Below, piece by piece: positions 9,778-19,043 of a DNA stretch of 64,000 nucleotides (position 1 is the first letter of the stretch; each line of letters opens with the position of its first letter). The position numbers were made by a program, and so were the translations under genes. Below the pieces are notes generated by a model that searched no databases, was not told the origin of the DNA, and was given only the letters and a program-made list of their open reading frames with translations. Origin of the DNA: an uncultured Candidatus Actinomarina sp. (GTDB lineage: Bacteria; Actinomycetota; Acidimicrobiia; Actinomarinales; Actinomarinaceae); contig CACPJC010000003.1 of NCBI GenBank assembly GCA_902634185.1, positions 109,733-173,732 of the forward strand, given 5' to 3'.

Positions 9778-10637
9778 GATTTAAAAATTTCGTCATTTAT
9801 GACTGCCTCATCTTCAATTATCGCTTCACTGCAGATTATTGAATTATTAACTTGAGCATTGTTTCCAATGGAACTTGAACCTAATATAACGCTATTTTCT
9901 ATAACCGTGTCTTTTCCGATGGTCACTGATTCAGAAATCCAATTAGTTTGATTTTCTGTATGAGCATATATATACGACTCTCTTGTTCCTACATCTAACA
10001 TATTTCCATCTACACTAAAACAATCCAATAAATTGTTTTTCGCTAATTCAGGAAATACATTTTTCTCAAAAGAACAGGGTACTTCTAAATTGTTTTTGAT
10101 TTCTTTGATATCTTTTTTGTGAAAACAATAGACACCTAGGCTTATATTGTTTCCATATTTCATATCTTTTGGCTTCTCAATAAAGTTTATTATTTTTGTA
10201 TCTTTCAACTCAAGCACTCCATATCTTGACGGATCTTCAACGGGTATTGAACAGATAGTTGAATTTTTTGAACTATTTGCAACTTCTAGAAACGATTCAA
10301 AATTCATATCAATGAGTAAGTCTCCATTCATGCACAAAAATTTATCATCAAAATTTTCTATATTTTCAACTACATATCCTCCAGTATCTAATTTTTCATG
10401 TTCAAAATGTAAGTTCACCTTATATTTGGAATTCTTTTTGTAGTCTGTCCAATAGCTTTCATGCTTTATTGAACAAATTAAATTTATGTTATCTAAATTT
10501 GATTCTTCCAAATTCTCAAGAATTAAATCAATTAACAGTCTTCCCTTTATCGTAAGTAATGCTTTAGGTATGCCTTCTGATAGAGGCCTAAGTCTAGTGG
10601 CTTCTCCTCCAACTAAGAGATATATGTCTTTAATCAT
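9774..10637 (-). CDS. NDP-sugar pyrophosphorylase (probable mannose-1-phosphate guanylyltransferase)
   Basis: GGEATRLRPL..PKAL, NGD, FIEKP, DVGT and C-terminal left-handed beta-helix; clustered with PMI/PMM. Confidence 0.85.
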   Translation of the reverse strand: MIKDIYLLVGGEATRLRPLSEGIPKALLTIKGRLLIDLILENLEESNLDNINLICSIKHESYWTDYKKNSKYKVNLHFEHEKLDTGGYVVENIENFDDKFLCMNGDLLIDMNFESFLEVANSSKNSTICSIPVEDPSRYGVLELKDTKIINFIEKPKDMKYGNNISLGVYCFHKKDIKEIKNNLEVPCSFEKNVFPELAKNNLLDCFSVDGNMLDVGTRESYIYAHTENQTNWISESVTIGKDTVIENSVILGSSSIGNNAQVNNSIICSEAIIEDEAVINDEIFKS

Positions 10638-12009
10638 TGTCCAAAAAATTTAAAAGTTCTTTAAAGCCAGATTCTATATCGATTTGTAATATGTTTTCCC
10701 ATAAATTTTCAGCTTTTTTATCTGAAAAGTAATTTTTAACATTTTTAACAAATTTATCTTTCAGTAAGGGTATAGCCTCATCTCTTCTATCTGGATGACC
10801 TATAGGAGTTTCTATTTTTACTTTATCAGAAAATGAGCCATCGTTATATTTAAAGTAAATCTCATTTGAAATATGTCGTTTAGTAATGTCATAATAATTC
10901 TTTGTAAAGTCTTTATTTTCATAAACTTTTATCTTCTTTCTTAAAGAATTTACTTGATTTAAACCATGAAAATTATCACTATAAGTTTCCGAGGTTAAAT
11001 CATTAAAAATTAGGGCGGCAGATACCATATATTCAAGAGAGTGATCTCTATCCGAGGAATTATTAAGTTCTTTTTTATTACTAATGATTCTCAATGCTGG
11101 CTCATGCGTTTCAATAATTATTTCCTTGATGTCTTTCTCTTTTTCATGAAATAAATCAGATAATTGAAAAGAAGCTTCTACTGCAGATTGTCCATGAAAC
11201 TCTGCCGGATACAAGACCTTAAACAAAATATTTTGAATTACCCAATCATCAAGTTCTTTACCAAAGGATAGAATATTGTCATCTAAAAAAACTTTGTTAA
11301 ATCCCCAAATCTGATCATCTTGTATATTTTCGTAAATATTATCAGCAAACTCACTTATTTCAGCAATCTCAATACCTCTGGATGCAGCATCTCCCGCAGC
11401 CCAGCTTTTTCTTTTACCAACATTTGGTGCCTGTCTATAAGATCTTAAATTGACACCATCTTGTAAAACGTTATTTACTGTTCTTGATATTGATTCTTCA
11501 TTTTGATTTGATAATAGAGACGAAAATACTGCACCCGATGCGAGTTTGACATAAAAGACATGGTCGTAACCTTTTTCGTTTAAGGAGGTGCCTAATGCTA
11601 AGGACCCTTGTATTTCATACATTTGGATTATCGACTGAAAAAATTGTGATAGATTTTTGTCTTTGTGTTTAAAAAAGTAACCAAATACTGTTCCAATATT
11701 GTCAGAAGGATGTGCCCACTCTTTTGCCAAAAAGGTATCGTTATAATCAAACCATCTGGTCAATATTGAAAGATACCTTGTAATTTCTTTGGAAGATTGG
11801 ATATCATTTATAACCAAAAAAGGATTTGTATTAGAACCATACTCACCTCTTGTTGCAAATCTCATTGGATCTTCATAAGTTGAAGCATTATAAATACAAC
11901 CCAGAGTGTCTAAAAGTGACAATTTAGTGGCAAGTAAATTTTTCTCAGAAAATACAATATTCTTTGTAAGATAATTCGAGATTATTTTATCAATATTTTG
12001 TTGAACCAA
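10630..12009 (-). CDS. prpD: 2-methylcitrate dehydratase (MmgE/PrpD)
   Basis: RWFDYNDTFLAKEWAHPSDN, RQAPNVGKRKSWAAGDA, PAEFHGQSAVE, RDHSLEY, PIGH. Confidence 0.93.
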   Translation of the reverse strand: MVQQNIDKIISNYLTKNIVFSEKNLLATKLSLLDTLGCIYNASTYEDPMRFATRGEYGSNTNPFLVINDIQSSKEITRYLSILTRWFDYNDTFLAKEWAHPSDNIGTVFGYFFKHKDKNLSQFFQSIIQMYEIQGSLALGTSLNEKGYDHVFYVKLASGAVFSSLLSNQNEESISRTVNNVLQDGVNLRSYRQAPNVGKRKSWAAGDAASRGIEIAEISEFADNIYENIQDDQIWGFNKVFLDDNILSFGKELDDWVIQNILFKVLYPAEFHGQSAVEASFQLSDLFHEKEKDIKEIIIETHEPALRIISNKKELNNSSDRDHSLEYMVSAALIFNDLTSETYSDNFHGLNQVNSLRKKIKVYENKDFTKNYYDITKRHISNEIYFKYNDGSFSDKVKIETPIGHPDRRDEAIPLLKDKFVKNVKNYFSDKKAENLWENILQIDIESGFKELLNFLDND

Positions 12010-12012
12010 AAA

Positions 12013-13062
12013 TTAGTCTCTTTCTTCAACTCCAATATATTTTGCAGCAGGTCTAATTAATGTGTCATCTGCTCTTTGTTCAAAATAATGAGCTGCCCAG
12101 CCAACTGATCTACCTGCAACAAAAATAGGAGTGAATAAATTTACATCGAAATCTAACTCTGAAAGCAAAAGACCACCATAGAAATCAACATTTGGAAATA
12201 ATTTTTTTTCTTTATCCATAATTTCATCAATTTTCTTAGCGATTTCAAATCTCAGTTTTGCATCATCATCAGAAATTAGTTTTTCAACCCAACTTTTAAC
12301 AACCGGACTTCTAGGATCTTGAATTTTGTAAACACCATGACCAAATCCCATAATTTTTTTCTTTTCTTCAAGCATTTTCATAACACCTGATGTTGCGTCA
12401 TCTACATCTTTAAATGAATTTATTAATTCAACTGCTCGCTCATTTGCTCCTCCGTGCAATTCACCTTTTAACGTTCCTATGCCAGAGACAATTGAACTTG
12501 TTAAATCGGATCTTGTAGAGCCTGTAACTCTTGTAGCAAAAGTTGATGCATTAAATCCATGCTCCGCATAAAGAATCAAGATATCATCTAGCGCTTGTAA
12601 CTGATCACTTGATGCATTATTACTTAACATAGAACTAGCAACTGTATAATTATCATCTAATTCGCTGGTATCATTCTCGTTGTAACTCGCTATAACATAA
12701 GCTACAGCAGCAGAAATTTGAGTTGTTAATTCTAAATCAGATTTTTTGTCTGATTCTCCAATATAAGAAACAATTGTTCTAATAACATCCATAGGGTGAA
12801 GTCTTGATTTAATTTGTTTGAAAAGATTATTAACATCATTGTCCCCATCTAATTCTGCATAATATTGCTTGAAAAAAGTTGTAAAATCAGAACCGTTTAG
12901 ATCATCACTTATTATTAGGGATGCAACATCCTCATACGTATGAGTTTCTGTAAGCTTTATTGCATCGTAGCCACGATATCTTAAAGAGGTTCCTTCCATT
13001 CCGACGGTAGAAATTTTGGTTTCTCCAGCAATTACTCCTCTTAGACCTGGTGAATATTCCAT
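12013..13062 (-). CDS. prpC: Citrate/2-methylcitrate synthase
   Basis: GLRGV, LRYRGY, AEHGFNAST, LHGGANE, MGFGHGVY, PNVDF; adjacent to prpD. Confidence 0.85.
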   Translation of the reverse strand: MEYSPGLRGVIAGETKISTVGMEGTSLRYRGYDAIKLTETHTYEDVASLIISDDLNGSDFTTFFKQYYAELDGDNDVNNLFKQIKSRLHPMDVIRTIVSYIGESDKKSDLELTTQISAAVAYVIASYNENDTSELDDNYTVASSMLSNNASSDQLQALDDILILYAEHGFNASTFATRVTGSTRSDLTSSIVSGIGTLKGELHGGANERAVELINSFKDVDDATSGVMKMLEEKKKIMGFGHGVYKIQDPRSPVVKSWVEKLISDDDAKLRFEIAKKIDEIMDKEKKLFPNVDFYGGLLLSELDFDVNLFTPIFVAGRSVGWAAHYFEQRADDTLIRPAAKYIGVEERD

Positions 13063-13138
13063 AGTTAATTAATTCTACATATAAATTAATAAATTCGACT
13101 AGTACAAAGTTGAATTTTATGAATACTAAAATCTTTTC

Positions 13139-16093
13139 ATGGCACAAATTCATGAACTTGAATCAAAATCAAGATTTGGAACCAGATATATAGTCGGGAT
13201 AATTTTAGCAATTTCAACTCTTCTAGTTGCTGGTTGGATTGGATTTTTTGTATTTCTTCCAATCAAATCTGGAATGAGTACGATATATGAACTTGAGGAT
13301 AGGTTTCTTCCAAGAGCAGAAGGGATGGTTTTGGATTTCGTATCTTTATCGGAGCCATCAATAATTATTACAAGTGATGATGTAATTCTTGATGAGTTGC
13401 ATGATGGTTTAAATCGCGATCCAATCAAATTAGCCGATGTTCCACCATTTGTTGTTAACACTTTGCTAGCAGCAGAAGATAGTAATTATTATCAACATGA
13501 AGGTGTCGATTTTATTGCGATTTTAAGCGCAGTTCTTGACAACTTAAGAGGTGTAACCAGAGGTGGGTCAACAATAACTTCACAAGTTGCCAAACAATCA
13601 TTCGTTGGAGATGAAATTTCAATAAGAAGAAAAGTAGCAGAAGCAGTGGTTGCAGCTGAACTGGAGAGAAGGTATACAAAAGATCAAATATTAGAGTATT
13701 ACATAAATTCAATTTATTGGGGATCAGGTGCATATGGACTCCAATCAGCAGCATTTGAATATTTCAATAAAGAGGTATCTGAACTTACATTAGATCAGGC
13801 TGCAACTTTAGTTGTTATTATCAGAAGTCCTGCATACTACAATCCAAGAAAATATCCTGAGAGAGTTCTCGAAAGAAGAAATGATGTATTAGATATTATG
13901 CTCAAAGAAGGGTTCATTGTTGATGTTCAGCACAGGTCAGCAAAGTTAGCCCCTTTGGTCATATCAGAACCAAATAATATTGAAAACAATGCAGAGCACG
14001 TATCAGCGGAAGTCAAAAGGCAATTACTTAATGATCCTCAGTTTGCCTTTTTAGGAGATACAAAAGAAGATAGAAAGAAAAAACTTTTTGGTTGCCCATC
14101 TGACGATACAAGTTGTACTGGTGGAGGTGGTTTAAAAATTTATATAACTGTGAACCTCGCATTACAAGAGCATGCAAATTCAATTCTGAACAAATGGGTT
14201 CCACCTTCAATTGATGAGGATTCAGAAGAAGAAAATGAGCCAAAACCGACAGGGGTAATAACACTACTAAATAACTTTACAGGTGCAATTGAAGTAATGG
14301 CATCAGGAATTCCTTTTGATGAAGAGCAATATAATTTAGCTACTCAAGGAAAAAGAAATCCAGGATCTGCATTTAAACCAATTACACTCCTTGCAGCATT
14401 AGAAACAGGTTCGCAATTATATAGTTATCGAGACTCCAGATCTCCCACTGAAATTGATTGTGGATATCCATGTGCTCCTGATGGAGTTGGAACTAACTGG
14501 GTTGTAAGAAACTATGGAACATCCATAACAGCTGACAGATACATAAATAAAATTGCTGCTCAAGACCGTGCGATTGAGCTTCAATGCATTGGAACCCATA
14601 TAGATGAAATTAAAAATAAAGACTTTATTGAGCAATTTCCTTTAGCTGAAGGGCTTGATGACATTGAAAAAGATAGTGATAAATTATTGGAGATAGGAAA
14701 GACACTAAACCAATTTGATGAAGAGGGTGTTCCAATAATTTATAGTGAAAATGAAAATATTGAAAAAGAAGAGAATCAAACCGTAGTTTCAGATGAATTA
14801 CTTATTGATGAGCAAAGTAACTTAATACAAATCGAGCTTGAAGCTGAGAAGCAATATATTTTCAAACCATGTCAGGACAAATCGGAGTACAACAGATCTA
14901 TAAAATTACTTGATACATCTGGAATGGTATCGCTTGAGGAAGCTACTAGAAGATCAATTAATACAGTTTTTGCTCAGTTGGCATCAGAAATTGGAGGGGA
15001 AAAACTCGCTAGTACGGCAAAAAGAATTGGTATTGATTCAGAACTTGAACCAGTAATTTCTTTAACTCTCGGTGCTGGAGCTGTTACACCTATTGAATTA
15101 GCTTCTGCATATTCTTCCTTTGCTACAAATGGAAAATTAGCACCACCATATTTAATAGAGAAAATTGAAGACTCAAATGGACAACTACTTTATAAACATA
15201 TTGTCTCTACTAGAACAAGTATTCCAGATCCAGCAGCAGCTGCTGCAGTCAGAAAAACACTTGAGGTTGCAGCTCAAATTGGTACAGGTACAAGGGCAGT
15301 TTTAGACGATAGACCAATCGCCGGTAAAACAGGTACCCACCAAGGATTCAGAGAAGCATGGTTCATAGGATTCATTCCTCAATATACATCCTCAGTTTGG
15401 ATTGGTTTTGCTGAGGAACAATTACCACTTACTGATGTAGAGATTAATGGTGAGCTCATTAAAAATGTTTCGGGAGGTAGAGTTCCCGCACCAATTTGGA
15501 AAGAATTTATGGAAGAAGTTGTTAAGGGTTTACCTATTCAAGAATGGCCTGAAGATCCTATCGATATAGATAGATATTATGAAATTCCTAAAATAGAAAT
15601 TCCAGAATTAGTTGGATTAAACGTTCTTGATGCAGAGGAAATTGCTTTCTCTGGTTATATACTTCCAACAATAAATCTTATTGACTCAGAAGAAGCACCT
15701 GGATTAGTCCTAAAACAAAATGTTAAAAATTGTAATCGTGAGGAAGAATCCAATGATTCAGATGAAAATGATAATAACTCTGAAGAGGAAGACGATTGTA
15801 TTGGAGTTGAAATGCCTGAGGGTACAGAAGTCATTCTTGAAGTATCAGGTAAAAAATTTACTGGAAATCTTCCGAATCTACCACCTTGTGAATATACAAT
15901 CGATGAGGCAAAAAGTTTAGTTAAGGAATTTATGAGAGAGACAAATGTGATACTTTTTCTTAAAAATACATTTGAAGAAACGGACTTAGAAAATTGTGAA
16001 GGAAAAGTCATTGGAACTAATGTTGCTCAAGGTGGTACCGTATCTACTGGCGACACACTTTCATTTATTATTGGAAGTAAAAATGAAGACTAA
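13139..16093 (+). CDS. Class A penicillin-binding protein (transglycosylase + transpeptidase + PASTA), with insertions
   Basis: TM anchor; AAED..YYQHEGVD, GGSTITSQ; SAFK (SxxK), SIN (SxN), KTGT; C-terminal PASTA-like 'IPELVGL'. Confidence 0.93.
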   Translation: MAQIHELESKSRFGTRYIVGIILAISTLLVAGWIGFFVFLPIKSGMSTIYELEDRFLPRAEGMVLDFVSLSEPSIIITSDDVILDELHDGLNRDPIKLADVPPFVVNTLLAAEDSNYYQHEGVDFIAILSAVLDNLRGVTRGGSTITSQVAKQSFVGDEISIRRKVAEAVVAAELERRYTKDQILEYYINSIYWGSGAYGLQSAAFEYFNKEVSELTLDQAATLVVIIRSPAYYNPRKYPERVLERRNDVLDIMLKEGFIVDVQHRSAKLAPLVISEPNNIENNAEHVSAEVKRQLLNDPQFAFLGDTKEDRKKKLFGCPSDDTSCTGGGGLKIYITVNLALQEHANSILNKWVPPSIDEDSEEENEPKPTGVITLLNNFTGAIEVMASGIPFDEEQYNLATQGKRNPGSAFKPITLLAALETGSQLYSYRDSRSPTEIDCGYPCAPDGVGTNWVVRNYGTSITADRYINKIAAQDRAIELQCIGTHIDEIKNKDFIEQFPLAEGLDDIEKDSDKLLEIGKTLNQFDEEGVPIIYSENENIEKEENQTVVSDELLIDEQSNLIQIELEAEKQYIFKPCQDKSEYNRSIKLLDTSGMVSLEEATRRSINTVFAQLASEIGGEKLASTAKRIGIDSELEPVISLTLGAGAVTPIELASAYSSFATNGKLAPPYLIEKIEDSNGQLLYKHIVSTRTSIPDPAAAAAVRKTLEVAAQIGTGTRAVLDDRPIAGKTGTHQGFREAWFIGFIPQYTSSVWIGFAEEQLPLTDVEINGELIKNVSGGRVPAPIWKEFMEEVVKGLPIQEWPEDPIDIDRYYEIPKIEIPELVGLNVLDAEEIAFSGYILPTINLIDSEEAPGLVLKQNVKNCNREEESNDSDENDNNSEEEDDCIGVEMPEGTEVILEVSGKKFTGNLPNLPPCEYTIDEAKSLVKEFMRETNVILFLKNTFEETDLENCEGKVIGTNVAQGGTVSTGDTLSFIIGSKNED

Positions 16094-17430
16094 TCTAAAT
16101 TTTTAAAAAATTCGTAAAGTGATAAAACTCCAAATCCAGTTGCACCTTTTCTATTATCTGATCGTGCTGGACCCGCTATGTCCAAATGTATCCAGTCATT
16201 TTCACCGATAAACTCTTTTAAAAGAAGAGCGGCAGTTATTGCTCCACCAAATCTCCCACCAGTATTTTTCATATCAGCTAAATCTGAATCAATTAGCTTT
16301 CTATATCCATCAAATAATGGAAGAGGATGAAACTCTTCTTTTATGCTTTTGGCACATTCTATAAATTTCTTTTCTAAATCGTTGTTGTTTGAAAATGTAG
16401 CACCAATATCTAAACCTAATGCAACCACTGAGGCACCTGTTAAAGTCGCAATATCACAAATTAAATCTGGATTAGTTTCAGCTGCATAAGCTAAGGCATC
16501 AGACATAATTAGTCTTCCTTCAGCGTCAGTGTTCATAACCTCAATAGTCTTTCCATTTCTTGTCTTAAGTACATCACCAGGTCTTATCGCGGAACCGCTA
16601 ACCATATTTTCTACAATCGGCGTATAAACAGTTAGTCCAATATCCTGATTTGTTCTAGCTACTATATTTATAACGCCCCAAGCACTTGCTGCACCAGACA
16701 TATCAGTTTTCATTGTTTCCATACCAGCAGGACTCTTCAATGAATATCCTCCTGTATCGAAAAGAACACCTTTTCCAATTAGTGATACTTGGTATTTTGC
16801 TTTCGGATTATATTTACCAACAAGAAAATAGGGAGGTCTATCAGACCCTTTTCCAACACCTAAAACACCACCAAAATTGTTTTCTTCAAGCCATTTTTTG
16901 TCATGTACTTGAATATCTACCAACGAAGAATCGACCAACTCATTTACTTTATCAATGAATACTCCAGGTGACTTATCCAAAGCAGGTGTATTGATTAAAT
17001 CTCTTACCCAAAATACTGAATCCTTCTTTATTTCATTTTCAGTAGATTCAATATTTTTAAATGAAATAGTATTTATTGAAGAGCTGTCTTCAGATTTATA
17101 ATCATTAAATTTGTATTGAGCATATAAAATTCCGTCAATTATTAAATTGGTATTTTCGTCATTATTTAAAAAATTAATTTCGGCATCAGATTCAATTTTT
17201 GAACCTATTAAAATTCCTATGTCATAAAAGTTGATATCATCATTATTTTCACCTGTTCCAACCAGAAACGTTGAATTTTGATTCTTTGAAAATGATGGTG
17301 GAACTGAAAGTATTTGATTTTGTTTACCTGTAAAAGAATGTGTTTCACAATATTCTTCAAACTGCTTTTTATCAAAAAATTCTTCAAAACCAGTTAATTC
17401 ATTATCTAGAAATAATATATCAATATTCAT
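16090..17430 (-). CDS. pepA: Leucyl aminopeptidase (M17)
   Basis: GKGVLFDTGG, MKTDMSG, NTDAEGRL, ATLTGA, WIHLDIAG. Confidence 0.95.
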   Translation of the reverse strand: MNIDILFLDNELTGFEEFFDKKQFEEYCETHSFTGKQNQILSVPPSFSKNQNSTFLVGTGENNDDINFYDIGILIGSKIESDAEINFLNNDENTNLIIDGILYAQYKFNDYKSEDSSSINTISFKNIESTENEIKKDSVFWVRDLINTPALDKSPGVFIDKVNELVDSSLVDIQVHDKKWLEENNFGGVLGVGKGSDRPPYFLVGKYNPKAKYQVSLIGKGVLFDTGGYSLKSPAGMETMKTDMSGAASAWGVINIVARTNQDIGLTVYTPIVENMVSGSAIRPGDVLKTRNGKTIEVMNTDAEGRLIMSDALAYAAETNPDLICDIATLTGASVVALGLDIGATFSNNNDLEKKFIECAKSIKEEFHPLPLFDGYRKLIDSDLADMKNTGGRFGGAITAALLLKEFIGENDWIHLDIAGPARSDNRKGATGFGVLSLYEFFKNLD

Positions 17431-17969
17431 TTACTTGGTGTCCAATCACTTTCAAACTCTCTCGCTAACATCCATAATAGATCAGAAAGTCGATTTAAAT
17501 ATACTACCACTTCTGAATCATCAATTTCTAAATGTCTTTGCCATCTTACGCACTTTCTTTCTGCTCTTCTTGAAACTACTCTTGCCCAGTCAAATTTAGC
17601 CGAAATTTCATTTTCTCCTGGAACTACAAAAAACTCTGGGATACCATTCTTTTCTTCTAAAAAATCGATATCCTTTTCAAGTTTTAGAATCATTTTCTTC
17701 TCGACTAAAGTTTTATCTGGCTCTAGTTTTTTTCTATTTTCCTTTGTTGTTGCTAACTCTGCTCCAACTATGAATAATTCTCTTTGAATCCTAAGTACAG
17801 ATTCCTGGACTTCGATTGGAAGTTTTTTGTCTGCTCTGATTAGTCCTAATGCCGCAACTAATTCGTCAACAGATCCGTATGCATCAGGAGCAAGGTCATC
17901 TTTAGAGACTGCATCACCAAAGAGCATCCGTGTGTTACCTTTATCACCTTTTTTTGTGTAAATCTTCAT
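17427..17969 (-). CDS. Cob(I)alamin adenosyltransferase, PduO type
   Basis: KIYTKKGDKG, AYGSVDE, RRAER, YLNRLSDLL. Confidence 0.93.
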   Translation of the reverse strand: MKIYTKKGDKGNTRMLFGDAVSKDDLAPDAYGSVDELVAALGLIRADKKLPIEVQESVLRIQRELFIVGAELATTKENRKKLEPDKTLVEKKMILKLEKDIDFLEEKNGIPEFFVVPGENEISAKFDWARVVSRRAERKCVRWQRHLEIDDSEVVVYLNRLSDLLWMLAREFESDWTPSK

Positions 17970-17985
17970 TACTATCAATATAGTC

Positions 17986-18639
17986 CTAGGACAAAAGTAA
18001 AAGACCTCCAGAAGCTCCTAGTGAAACAATTAATGACAAATAACTCAATCCTGTAGAAGCCATAACTCCTGTATATGATTTTTCACCTAAAGATTTATAT
18101 GAAGCAAACGACAAAATTGATGTAGAAAGAAAAAGTATCAAGATTACATTTTTGAATATATTCTCAATATCTTGACCAACAAATTCAAAAAACACAAGTG
18201 GTATAAGAATTAAAGATTGAAAAGTACTGGTAATAGCTATTTTTTTCATACCTTCTTTTGATATTGTTGGGTCTACCAAAAACCAATGACCAATCATCAT
18301 AGATGAAAAAACACCACTTACTAAGGATATTGGAAATAAATAATTTAGAAAAAAATCGAAAATGTTTAAATTTAGTGTATTGAAAATCTCATAATTGAGC
18401 AACATAAAACTTAAACCATAAAAATAGGGATATATTTTTTTATTTTTTATCAGCAAAGTTATAACCAACAAGAGAGTACCAAATACAGTTAAAAGGCTAA
18501 AATTTAGCAAGATAATAGTAGAAATAATCGAAATAAATAATATACTGAATCCTTTTCTTGGCTTAATTCTGAAGTTTGAATATGAAAGATAGGGAATACA
18601 AAATGTTAGTAAAACATAAACAAATAGGTTCAATTCCAT
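17986..18639 (-). CDS. Hypothetical polytopic membrane protein (GHWFL motif)
   Basis: Several TM segments with the motif 'MMIGHWFLV' and 'MASTGLSY'. Confidence 0.7.
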   Translation of the reverse strand: MELNLFVYVLLTFCIPYLSYSNFRIKPRKGFSILFISIISTIILLNFSLLTVFGTLLLVITLLIKNKKIYPYFYGLSFMLLNYEIFNTLNLNIFDFFLNYLFPISLVSGVFSSMMIGHWFLVDPTISKEGMKKIAITSTFQSLILIPLVFFEFVGQDIENIFKNVILILFLSTSILSFASYKSLGEKSYTGVMASTGLSYLSLIVSLGASGGLLLLS

Positions 18640-18661
18640 ATATCTTTTACAATAACAATAT

Positions 18662-19006
18662 ATGTTAAAGAATATAAATCAGCTTAGGATTTTAAAAGCG
18701 GTAGTCATATCATTTATCTTCATTTACATTACAAATAATATTTTTAATTTGAATGAATTTACTCTAGGTATAAATTTTTTCATGTCCTTGGGTATTTATT
18801 CAATTCTTAGCTACGTAGCCCTTATTGGTTACAAATTAAATAAGCTGGTTGGTTTAATATTGTTTTTTTCAATTACATTTCTTTCACCAAATATGTACCC
18901 TGAACTAGAGGGTCAACTTTTTCCAGTTACATATGTTATTTTTGCTTTATTTTTAACATATCACTTTGGTGTTGAAATGTATAAAAAGTGGAAAACGACT
19001 ATCTAA
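18662..19006 (+). CDS. Hypothetical membrane protein (about 4 TM)
   Basis: 114-aa hydrophobic ORF filling the gap; TACAAT just upstream. Confidence 0.6.
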   Translation: MLKNINQLRILKAVVISFIFIYITNNIFNLNEFTLGINFFMSLGIYSILSYVALIGYKLNKLVGLILFFSITFLSPNMYPELEGQLFPVTYVIFALFLTYHFGVEMYKKWKTTI

Positions 19007-19043
19007 ATTAAATAAATTAGAAAGGGTAGGTTAGAATAGAATA

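Noticed and set aside
14519-14920. Possible intein in PBP1A
   Set aside because: No C-terminal His-Asn followed by Cys/Ser/Thr, no TxxH block B and no LAGLIDADG motifs; the domain is also extracytoplasmic
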